This document shows positions 23,300 through 34,231 of a stretch of 64,000 bases of DNA, piece after piece. Source of the stretch: Octopus vulgaris (Eukaryota); NCBI GenBank assembly GCA_951406725.2, contig OX597814.1:52018001-52082000 (forward strand), given 5' to 3'. Both the position numbers and the translations under genes were made by a program. The notes under the pieces were generated by a model. The model was not told where the DNA came from. It did no database searches and saw only the letters and a program-made list of their open reading frames with translations. The stretch's first letter is position 1; the number at the start of each line of letters is the position of its first letter.

Positions 23300-26200
23300 A
23301 ACTTCTTGTGGTTCGTTATTTCTTCTGCATCAATATCAAACTAGAGATGTAATTCCATAAGGCATTGTTGTTGGTGGTTGCATTTAAAACCAATCGAAGC
23401 TGATAGACTAAAACATTTTCTGGAGTGGAGGATTGTTCAATGACTCAAAAGCATACAGCTTAAATAAACATTCATATAACCTTCACTTGATTATGCATTT
23501 AAACTTATTTTAAACACTTGCAAGCATTCTTTCAGCAATTTCATTTTATTCTAAATGATATGGAAACATTTTCATAAGTTTACATCCAATCTTATCAAGC
23601 TTTATACAAAAATCTGTCATAAAATCCACAAGCATTATCAGACACTCAAGTTTCTGCTACATTATTACTGGCAAACATAGTTCCTAATAATGTCTGTTTC
23701 TGCTTCTTTATACTTTTATTACTTCTTGCCACTTGTCATATACATCAACAATTATTAAAAATAGGCTGTAATTCTTGACATAAGCGTGATCCATATGCAC
23801 TCACAAGTAAGATGTGCCTCACCACAGCCTTTCTAAAAGGGCAGAAATGACCAATTAACCCATGTCAGCATGGAAAGCTGACATAAAATGGTGATGATAA
23901 TGATAATCTATACTTTATTTTCTTTAAACATATGTTCAGTGTGAGATAATTCCAGTTTTATTTATGCATATGTCAGATATCTCTTTACACAGCATTCCAC
24001 ATCTTCATGTTAACCTGACTGCCATGTTTCCAATTCCAACAGGTTCCTTATTGTTGGTGAACCACAAAGTGCATCATCATACAGATGGGTGGAACAATAT
24101 TCCATTATATAAAGTACCAACTTCAATGATTAGCTTATTTTTTAATGATTTAAATAGCCCTTCAATAACAGAACAATTGTTCCAATTATCAATAAAATAA
24201 ACTATAAATCTTTAGTTAAATATATTCAATGAGAATATTATATACTGAATTTATATTGAGTGCTCTATTGTATCAAAGTATTAATACTATTAAAGTATTT
24301 ATGTATTTAATATGAGCGATTATATATATTTTATAATATATTATTATTACAGAAGACTAACCAAGAAAGCATATATGGATTTAAAGACTCTCATACTAAA
24401 GTGTACTTACTAAAATCAAAAGCAGTAATTTTTAATTTATATTTCAAGCAAACACCCTTTTATAGTATTACTTCATATTTAAAAAACTACCATTCAATAT
24501 ATTATACAAAATTCAAATTTTATATCTCTGAAGAGCAGAAGAGTTGTCTATAAATTCTTACCAATATAGGATTTCATTATAGGGACAGCACTTCTGTAAA
24601 ACGATCCTAAGATGCTCTAAAAACTTAATTCAAAACTTGTAAACTGTCATATATATTTATACTTATACATTTTTACATATATTTATATTTTTAATACAAC
24701 AATTATTTTACATATGTATATATCTTTCTGAAGAATTTTCTAATATTGATTTCCTTATATATAATAATAATATATTATAAAATATATATTAAAATAAATC
24801 AGATAAAATAAACCAGTTTCCAATTCCATATTTTCATGTTTTTCAACATCAGTTTGTGAAATATGGCTGAGAGAATTGTGATCATATATATCCTAATGAA
24901 CATTATCACTAAATGCCAACTGTGATAATGCCTAAACTCATGATATTTGAGAACTTTTGCATAAAGATGCTTCATAATTAAATGCTGTCATTTGCAAGGC
25001 TCATCTTAAAATATATATGGATGATACCTTTAGTAATCCATAATTTTTGCAAAGTATAAATTCTAGTGGCCTCTTTTCTGAAACTAATTTAAATTCTTTG
25101 CCATGTAAAAAAATGCTTTACTCTTTGAGTACACTATAAAATTGCCAAAAGTTCCTTTTCAATATTGAGTATCTTATTTCAGCTTTGATTAATATCCTTG
25201 GCAAATATTATTGCAGGATGGTCAGCTAGTGAAAGTTTTCCTGATATTTTCTTTTTACTTGCAACAGTTAAGATAACCCCTTCCATGATATAAATCTAGG
25301 CCACTGGTTTTGAAACTAGCATTAACATTATCTATTGAAATGCCTTTTATTGTTGGGCCTCCTACATTTATGAAGTGATGCAAAAAGTGATATACAATCT
25401 GAATTATGATCAATAAATGAAAAACAAACCTGAGAAATGACTATAATTGCTTGTCCTTTAGCAGTTTTACATCCATAATTTTCTTTCTCTTTATAGATAT
25501 AGCTTGAATGATTACCCTGTCTGATAACTGCAAACTTTTTTTATGATCTTATCTACCTTGATATAAATTTTCAGTTCTAGCACCAATACATATATCATCT
25601 TGATAAAAGTAATACAATCTATGTAATTACCATCATGTTCAACTGCACTCAGGAATATAACACTGGCTGTTTTAATTCCATATAAAATACATATATAACT
25701 TGAAAGGCCCACATATATTGGCAATGGTCTTGTTTCAAAATAAATGGCTTGATTCTTCCTTTGGGAAGATGCTCACCTTCAAACTTCTTAATCTGCCAAA
25801 TTGTCCTGGGGTGTCAAGCTCATGAATTGATGTTGAGCTATTGACATTCATTCCAAACAAACCATGATTTTGCCTTTTTTTTTTTTTTTTAACATTCTAC
25901 AATAATATTCACAATCTCATACTCTTATCAATTTCCATTAATGCATCAAATTTTCCCACAATTTCAGTGAGCCATCAAACTAGTTTAGTTGGAGATCAGA
26001 CTTTCTTATTATTGTCATGTAGTTACTCATTGCCAATTATTGTAGTATCACCACTATTTATGACGATACTTATTTACACTATAACCATGTAGTAACAAAA
26101 TATATAATAAAGCAGAGTAACAACAACATAACAATCCAACAAACTCTCCATGAACTAGACACAATCAAACAAACAATATTCAGACAAACTACCAAAATAC

Positions 26201-26315
26201 ACCTTATGACTTCCTGCAATTAACACATACTCTCTCTTATCTCACTCAGACCATTACTATTTATAGTCATTCAATCAAATCTATACTCGCAAGGAGTGTC
26301 AAGACTCTTGCCACA
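23300..26315 (-). mobile_element. Highly decayed Ty3/gypsy LTR retrotransposon (RT-RNase H-integrase)
   Basis: Minus-strand remnants in gypsy order: LYGIKTAS..FYQDDICIG (~25600), IEKELLAI..FLHGKEFKLV..PL (~25070-25180), VHMDHAYV..IIVDVYDKWQEVI..VSDNA..PYH..AER (~23520-23800); possible 5' LTR ~26060-26315 starting TG. Confidence 0.78.
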
Positions 26316-27394
26316 TTTATGTTTGGTTTATTCAAATCCATCCAGAAATTTCAAAGTATCTTAATACTGCATTGTAAAATCAACTTTGATCAAAGTAGTA
26401 TTTCAGGCCAAATTCCTAAATACTTAAACTAGAATTTATGCTTTGCAAAAATTGTGGTCTACCAAAAATTACTCTCTTCAAGAGAAACTTCATCTAAAAG
26501 GCCTTTGTTAAGTTTAAGACTAAATTAAATTTTTTAGGCCAAAAATTGTGCCAAATCTTTTTGATTTTTTTAAAAAATATTTTATTTATTATTTATTTTT
26601 TTTTGGAGAGGAATGCACAAGGTAGATTGTCATACTGTATGAGTGTGATTTTCTTTTGTCATATTCAATATACATTTTACCAAACAGAGGAGATTTTGAT
26701 GGTACATACTTATATAGAGAAAAGTGACATTTATAATCAGATTTATACTTGTCTTTATCAACAGGTGACACAATAACACCATTTTCATTTATTTCAATTA
26801 TCTGAAAATTAGAATTCATTTAATATATACATTAAGCTTTGGACCACCTGACTGAAGATAGTCTAATACTTTCACATGATATTCAAATGATTGCATGTCA
26901 TCTATGAATCTTGTTTTAATCATCCCTTCTGCATAGTCCTTTATCGAATTTACAAAAATATGTAGACTCACATTTAAGAATAATCTTGAATAGATTCAGT
27001 CAGGTTTTGATGTGATGAGAATCTGACCTGTTTAGTAATTATCAATTTCATTTGGAGATGTTACAGAAGTCTCACTGTAACTAAAACATTTGTGTGACTA
27101 TCATTCCTGATTAAGATCAATACAAATCATATTTAGTTTCTATACTGGTGCCCAGAAGGACTTTCATTGGCTGTAACAGCAAAACATTGCAACAGAGAGT
27201 GTCATGTCAAGGTCATTCAATGGAAATTCATTGTTATTTATCAATTACACCAATGCCAGGTCACACAGTATTTATCCAGTGTTTAGATGCACTAAGCTTT
27301 TATTAAATTGTTTAGGCAAGATGTTACATTAAGCATGTAGTTAAATAGACCCAACCACATACAAACATGCAAAACACATGCAATAATATTTGTT

Positions 27395-27623
27395 TCTTTA
27401 TTACCAACAAGGGGCTAAACATAGAAGGGACAAACAAAGACAAACAAACGGATTAAGTCGATTACATCGACCCCAGTGTGTAACTGGTACTTAATTTATT
27501 GACCCCGAAAGGATGAAAGGCAAAGTCAACCTTGGCGGGATTTGAACTCAGAGCGTAACGGCAGACGAAATACGGCTACGCATTTCGCCCAGCGTGCTAA
27601 CGTTTCTGCCAGCTCGCCGCCTT
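27395..27623 (-). mobile_element. tRNA-derived SINE family 1, full copy
   Basis: Reverse complement: AGGCGGCGAGCTGGCAGAAACGTTAGC, GAGTTCAAATCC B box, GACTTTGCCTTTCATCCTTTCGGGGTCAATAAATTAAGTACCAG core. Confidence 0.88.
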
Positions 27624-29309
27624 AATAATATTGGTATCACAATGACATCACAGGATTCATAAGTGATCGTCATTGTTATTTGAAACCTATGATTAAAGGG
27701 GCCCCTGCTACTATGACTGTCCTGTCCTACTGTCAAGTATTCTATATTTATATTATATAAGTTCTTCATTTTTTTTAAAACAGTGAAATCTGAGACTAGC
27801 TTGGATAATACTTGTTTCTAGCCAGTTGTTGGCTCATCATGGGAGATAATATTTAACATTAGTTTCATAATGTTAAGTAGGTAACATAGAGCTTTCCCTA
27901 GAACAGACCCTAGTCTAAAGTAAATAATATTCAAGCAACGAGCAGCAAATCCAATGCCAGCTAGATAAGCTGTGGCACATAAAGTGTGCTGCCAAAGTAC
28001 AAGAGAAAATTTTTACAGAAAAATTAAACTTGAAGCATACTTCCTTCACTATTTTTGCATTAAGCCACTGCTGCATCATCCCTTTCTTGTCCTTCTACCT
28101 ACAGCACTGAATTCAGAATGCATTGAGCTAGAACATAACTGTAAAGTATCTTGTTTGACATTGACAAGTTCACAAATCCATAATCCTTGATACATGTTTT
28201 TTTTAATCAATCCATAAAGATGGAAGGAAATATGACTATGGCAGGATTTGAACTGAAGGTGCAGGATACTGCAAGACATTCTAACTCCCAAACAACTCTA
28301 CCAACATGCTGCCTTCTGAGTGTTACAAGGCCTGCTTATATCATGCTAGTATGATTGCTTCTTTCCTCTATAGTTTCAAAATGAAGGTTAAAAAACTGCA
28401 TACATCTTAACTACCTCTCCCCATCAGCTGTTATGTTTTTATATCCATTTAACCCCAACATATACATGCTTAAATATATTATTTATCAATAAAGGTCTAG
28501 AGCATTCACTTATTTGTGACTTGATGGAATTGACAGTCTTAGATCAATAATGCTAATTAAATGCAGCATCACACACCAAAAGCCTAATCTTAACTCAGAA
28601 CTTTTACTCTACATAAAGAGTCAGGAGTTTTAAGATTTGAACTCTACATCACTTCATGTTAGGGTAAAGACTTCCAGCAATTATTGTATCAGAAAAAAGT
28701 ATGGTGATAAAACTTATTAATAGCATTAAAAAAAGTCCCAGTCAGAGATATATGATAAAAGCAACAATTATATGCAACATATACATACTGGTTAGCATAT
28801 TTTTTCTGGCTAGTAGGACATGCATGGCTTGATTTACATCATCAATAATTTTGTTGTTATTTTTACTTTTGAATTGCCATTTACACATGTATACCATTTA
28901 ATATTGCTGATGTAAAAATCTTTATTAATGTGCAATATTTATTAACATGTTTTTATATAAATATATAGAGTGGTTTGAAAGTCATTGTAAATGTATCCTA
29001 TAACTAGTCCCAGTAACAATTATTTATTTCTACACAGGATATAAATTGTCATTTGCTTTTATGTAATAATATAGTGTGAGAGAAATGAGAGTTGGGATAT
29101 TCATACTTACAAAATCACCATTCATGACAAGTTAAAATAATTATTTGCAGCAGTGAACAAAAAAACATGTTATAGTGTCACTGCAAAGTTACCAAGCATG
29201 AGTAACCAATTGTTGGCACTCACTCCCATTAACCAACAAGATATTTCTTTAAATTTATATATACACATACAGATATATAAATTTACATACATGCCAATGT
29301 TGTATGTCC

Positions 29310-29635
29310 GGCCCATTTAAGAGTATCCTTGATGCGTTGGGCAATATGATATCCTTGAGAAGATCTGTTGAGTCAAGTAAAACCAAAATCGTAGCTGTAA
29401 CCAGTGCTTTCTGACTGGCTCCTGTTCCGGTGGCACACAAAATGAATCATCTGAATGTAGCCAAAGCCAGTGTCTCCAGACTGTTTCCCGTACCGGTGGC
29501 ACATTAAAAGCACCCTCCGGATGTGGTTGATGCCAGGTCTGCTTCATTGGCTCCTGTGCAAGTAGCATGTAAGAAGCACCATGGAACGTGGCTGATGCCA
29601 ATACCCACTGACTGACTCCCATGCTGGTGGCATGT
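29310..29635 (+). repeat. Older RTE-3'UTR-type ~65-bp array, left part (interrupted by CR1)
   Basis: Diverged GGTGGCACRTAAAAGCACC units; the array continues at 33786-34150. Confidence 0.75.
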
Positions 29636-29711
29636 AATAATAATAATAATAATAATAATAATTGTGTACAGTGCTCAGGTGCACTACAACTCATCTAAAG
29701 TGTATATATAA

Positions 29712-31640
29712 TCAGGTGAAGTTTCGGCGGATTTCGGAAAGCATGAGGGCCTTAAAAGATGCAGTGTCATGGCAGTCAACAACTGACGCAGGCAGTTTAT
29801 TCCATGCTTCAGCAACTCTGAGCGTGAAAAAATGTTTCCGAAAGTCATGGGAGCTGTATTGTTTTCTGACTTTGTAGGCATGTCCACGTGTGTTAGACAC
29901 ATGGAGATCAAAAAGGTGTTCAGTGTTGTTGTTGGTGAGGTGGTTGATAACTTTGTGGGTGTTTACCAAGTCCGTCGCCAAACGCCGGAGCTTCAGTGAA
30001 TCCATGCCCAGGGAAACAAGGCGCTCAGAATATGGTAGGTGTCTGATGGAGGGTATGCGTTTGGTTGCACGTCTCTGGACAGATTCCAGGAGGTCAATGT
30101 TCTGTGCAAGATAGGGGTTCCAAACTGATGATGCGAATTCCAAGTGTGGTCGTACCATAGCTGTATACAGTTTTAAATAGATGGCTGGAGAGCGGCTAAC
30201 AAAAGACCTGCTGAGTGATGCCAAGACACCCTCGGCCTTCCTGACAATCTTAGAGATATGCTTTGACCAACGCAAATCACTGCTGACAGTGATGCCTAGG
30301 TCACGCTCGCAAGAGGATTTCTTGATATCAGTGTTGTGGAGGGAGTATGTGAACGCAGGGTTTTTTCTCCCAAAATGCATGGTGGTACACTTGTCCACAG
30401 CCAGTTTCAGTTGCCAGTCTGTGATCCATTGCTGCATTGTGTCTAGGTCTGATTGCAGGAAAGAGTTGTAGACATCAGGATCTGTCCTCTTGATTTCAAG
30501 GTACAGCTTGATGTCGTCTGCATATTTCAATACTGTGGCATTCTTTAAATTGGCATCTATGTCGTTAATGTATGCCACAAACAAGAGGGGGCCAAGGACA
30601 GATCCCTGTGGTACACCCGATGACATCTCATATGGTGTAGAGTGCTGTCCTAGAACTGTGACTACCTCCTTTCGGCTGAGGATGAAGGATTTCAACCAGT
30701 TAAAAAGGTCATCCCCCACACCCATTGCAGAGAGTTTCACCATAAGCCTTTTGTGTGGCACAGAGTTGAAAGCCTTAGCAAAGTCAAGGTAGACAACATC
30801 CACCCATGAGCCACTGTCAGTAATCTGAGTAATGTCCTCAAGGAACTCGACAAGCTGGTCACTGCAGCTGGAGTTAGGGACAAATCCATATTGTGAGGGT
30901 CGGATGAGACTGTGAGAGCTCCAGAAGTTCCAGAGTGTTTCTCTGACACACGATTCCATCAGTTTTGCAATACAGCTAGTGAGACTGACTGGGCGATAGT
31001 TGACAGGTGATGTGCGGTCGCCCTTTTTGAACAGAGGAATGACACTGGCAGTTTTCCACTGCTCCGGAGTAGCACCATTGTTGAGACAGTACTGGAAGAA
31101 AATAGAAAGCTGGTGTAAAAGGAAGTGCCTGCCACGTTTGAGAAGCAGGTATGTAACTCCATCGAGACCAGGGGAGGCATAGTTGCGCTTATTTTGAAGG
31201 TGACGTCGCAGCATTGCAGGTGTAAATTCCATAGTTGTTATGGAGTTTGCTGTTAGTGATGGTGAAGATGGTACATTTTGACTTTCAACAGTGAATATGT
31301 TTGCATAGCACTCGGCAATGAGTTCTGCGCATTCCTTGGGGTCGTCAGTGATCTGGTTTGTGTGAGGGTTGCGAAGAGGGCCCACTGGAGAGTGAGGTCT
31401 CTGCTTTGAGTGCACATATTTCCAGAAAACCTTGCTGTCAGGATTGGCTGCTATGCACTGTTCAAATTCAAGCACTGCTTTTTTTGTCACTTGCTTGAGA
31501 TGGTTGGAGGATTTATTCCGCTTCTTCCTGTTGGTGTCTGATTTATGCAACCTGTATTCCCGTTCAGCAGTCCGACGTTCCCTCCTGGCAAGTCGGACTG
31601 CTGAAGTTTCCCAAATTGCCCTTTTGGGGCGGTTCTTCTT
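29712..31640 (-). CDS. CR1 ORF2 reverse transcriptase part
   Basis: NYRPVSLTS, QYGF, YLDFAKAF, GVPQGSVLGPLLF, YADD, RDLG and CR1-type tail TRGH..RKHFFTLRVAEAWNKLP; frame is open upstream of the listed 31550 start to at least ~31640. Confidence 0.95.
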   Translation of the reverse strand, partial: KKNRPKRAIWETSAVRLARRERRTAEREYRLHKSDTNRKKRNKSSNHLKQVTKKAVLEFEQCIAANPDSKVFWKYVHSKQRPHSPVGPLRNPHTNQITDDPKECAELIAECYANIFTVESQNVPSSPSLTANSITTMEFTPAMLRRHLQNKRNYASPGLDGVTYLLLKRGRHFLLHQLSIFFQYCLNNGATPEQWKTASVIPLFKKGDRTSPVNYRPVSLTSCIAKLMESCVRETLWNFWSSHSLIRPSQYGFVPNSSCSDQLVEFLEDITQITDSGSWVDVVYLDFAKAFNSVPHKRLMVKLSAMGVGDDLFNWLKSFILSRKEVVTVLGQHSTPYEMSSGVPQGSVLGPLLFVAYINDIDANLKNATVLKYADDIKLYLEIKRTDPDVYNSFLQSDLDTMQQWITDWQLKLAVDKCTTMHFGRKNPAFTYSLHNTDIKKSSCERDLGITVSSDLRWSKHISKIVRKAEGVLASLSRSFVSRSPAIYLKLYTAMVRPHLEFASSVWNPYLAQNIDLLESVQRRATKRIPSIRHLPYSERLVSLGMDSLKLRRLATDLVNTHKVINHLTNNNTEHLFDLHVSNTRGHAYKVRKQYSSHDFRKHFFTLRVAEAWNKLPASVVDCHDTASFKALMLSEIRRNFT

Positions 31641-32476
31641 TTTTGTTTACGTGGCACTGATGCTGCACATGCTGCCCATATTGAGTCCAGCATACTCTGG
31701 AGTATAGTATTCACATCTCCAGAGTTGTAGAATTCACGCCAGTTTGGGTGCTGTAGTTCAGTGTGGTACAGGTTCCAATCTGCTCTCTTCCAATCGAAGG
31801 AAGCAGATTGGAGATGGTTCAGGTTTTTGTTGCCCGCAAGAGCCAGATTGGCGATGATCATAGCATGATCAGAGTCACCTAGAGGTTCCTCCGTAGTGCA
31901 ATTGATAACCGCTTCAGGAGTTGTGGTGAAGAGCAGGTCCAAGGTGTTGTCGCCTCTTGTTGGAGAGGTGACTACTTGTGACCAGTTTGAGTCCAGCACA
32001 AGCTCAACAAAATCGTTTGCACTCTGTGGCCAATGGAAGGTCTCCCAATCGATCTCAGGATGATTGAAATCGCCTGCAATAAACACATAAGTGGCTGTTT
32101 TCCTGGCAGCAGCTCGGAGGACATTGCAAAGCTGTGTGTCCCGATGGTAACTTGGGGGACGATAAACAACGCCAAGCAGGAGTGTTGACATGGTCATACG
32201 CACGTCACAGAAAAAAACTTCTTCTTGTGATTCGTTCAAATCGGCACAAGGAATTACCAAAAAATTTGAACGAACGTAGACCATCACACCACCACCACGG
32301 CGGTTAGTGCGGTCCTTACGGAAGAGGTTGTACCCCGTAATGTTGAAAACCCCATCACAGAGTAAGGAATGCGCCCATGTTTCCGTGACAGTGATGAAGT
32401 CAGGGTCAACACTTCTGACGTAGGCGTTGAACAAATGTATTTTGTTGCATAAACTGCGAGCATTTAAGGACAACAA
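31640..32476 (-). CDS. CR1 ORF2 apurinic-like endonuclease (APE) part
   Basis: SLNARSL, TVTETW, RKDR..RGGGV, VYRPP, AGDFNHP, PTRGDNTLDL, SDH; no ATG before the domain. Confidence 0.93.
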
Positions 32477-32532
32477 TTTGTACCCTGCTCGCAGTTTATG
32501 ATGGTGTGTAGAGGATGGCAGGTTGTTCTGGC

Positions 32533-33320
32533 TTAGTTTCCCTGAGTTGCTGTAGTTTTTTTAGTTATTGTGGGTAGAGAGCACTCAGACCAGCTGGTAT
32601 CTCTCTTCCACGTTTCAGCAGTCTTGACAAATCTCCAGATTTGTCCATCTTCCCGAAGACTGAAGCTTTCCTGTAGAGCTGAGTTCCTATTCAGGGAAGC
32701 CACTACACGTAGCTTTGGGCGTACATCGGACGGTAAGCCTGGGCGTGTTCGGAAGGTGGTCCGATTTTCCCGCCCAGCTTTAACTGAGGCCAGATGGTAA
32801 GAGGTTGCCTCAGTGGGGTCCGTAAAAGACAACTTGATGAGCCTAGGTTTTGGGCCAGGTCGTCCAAGGCGGATAGCACCCGTTGGGGGAACGCAGCCTA
32901 GGTCTTTGGCTGAGTTGGCAGCAAAAGCCTGAAGATCAGCCATGTCTTCTGGCACCCCAATGGCAATGACTTCATGGGTGGCAGAATCCGCGGTCTTAAA
33001 TGCGACAAGAGGTACAGGTACAGGGAGGTTCTTTAGCAGAGCATTCCGATAAGACCCCTCATTGTGGAGTCCAACCTGAATGGTTGCTTTTATTCCTGCT
33101 ACTTCCCCTTTTAAAGCACAGATCGATTGTTGCAGTTCTGCAAGAACCGCACTGGTCAATTGGTGGTGTTGTTGCTGCTGTTGCTCTGGTTGTGGTTGAT
33201 TTTGTTGTTGCTGTTGTTGTTGTTGATGTTGTTGTTGCTGCTGCTCTGGTTGTGGTTGATTTTGTTGTTGCTGCTGCTCTGGTTGTGGTTGATTTTGTTG
33301 TTGCTGCTGCTGCTGCTCTA

Positions 33321-33353
<33 letters not shown>

Positions 33354-33747
33354 CTGGTTGTGGTTGATTTTGTTGTTGCTGCTGTTGCTGTTCCGCCTCC
33401 TCCACGGGAGTGGCAGGGGGAGACACAATCGTCGGTTGTGGAGGCACGCAGGCCTGACACTGAAAAGTCCAAGATTTAAGCTGAACCATCTTCCAGAGTC
33501 TATCCATCATAGCATTATGATGGCTCTTTTTTTGGCCTGGGATCTTCTGAAAGTCCGTGGCACATTGGAGGCAGACAGAGATGAGACATGTCCCACATTC
33601 GACCCAGCGATTACGGAACGTATTTTCGGGTTCCGTACAGATGTGGCAGGTGTGATTTTCTGGGCAGTGTTCTATTTTAGAGCAGCGACCAGTCTTATCG
33701 CACGCCGCTATGGATTTCACCATGGCGATTCTGTTGGTTCTGGTCAT
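32533..33747 (-). CDS. CR1 ORF1: PHD-like Zn finger, polyQ tract, coiled coil, RRM-like domain
   Basis: 404 aa; CHIC..WVECGTC..CLQC..FQCQAC; QnNQPQPE repeats; LAELQQSICALKGEV; VIAIGVPE..RLGRPGPKPRLIKLSF. Confidence 0.88.
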
Positions 33748-33785
33748 CCGTAGAGACAGAAAATGTAAACAACAATACTATCTGA

Positions 33786-34150
33786 AAGGCACTATCTGAA
33801 CGTGAACAATGCCAGGGCCACCTGGCTGGCTGCTGGTGGCATATAAAATGCACCATTCAAATGTGGCTGATGCCAGTACCCACAGACTGGCTACAGTGCT
33901 GGTGGCACGTAAAATGCATCATCCGAACGTGGTGAATACCAGTGTCTCCTGACTGGTTCCCGTGCTGGTGGCACATAAAATGGACTTTCCAAAGGTGGTC
34001 GATGCCAGTCCACCAGACTGGTTCCCATGCCGGTGACATGTAAAAAGCACGATTTGAACATAGCAAATGCCAGTACCCACTGACTGGATCCTGAGCTGGT
34101 GGCATGTAAAAACCACTATCCAAACATGACCAATGCCAGGGCTGCCTGAC
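33786..34150 (+). repeat. Older RTE-3'UTR-type array, right part
   Basis: About five diverged GGTGGCACRTAAAA units at ~65-bp spacing. Confidence 0.75.
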
Positions 34151-34231
34151 TGGCTATGCATTTTGCCCAGCGTGCTAACGTTTCTGCCAGCTCGCCGCCT
34201 TAATAATATTGGTATCACAATGACATCACAG

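Larger units (their letters stand above)
29636..33785 (-). mobile_element. Near full-length CR1-clade LINE
   Basis: Short 5' leader, ORF1, APE, RT, ~50-nt 3' UTR with AGTGC/GCACT stem-loop and (ATT)n tail; flanks rejoin into one host repeat unit. Confidence 0.93.

Noticed and set aside
31606-31612. Second GGGAAAC heptamer next to the 14-bp stem
   Set aside because: Not in X XXY YYZ phase for either the APE or the RT frame, and there is no spacer
33000-33753. Poly-L/V/A and poly-T/A ORFs
   Set aside because: Antisense or alternative frames of the ORF1 polyQ tract
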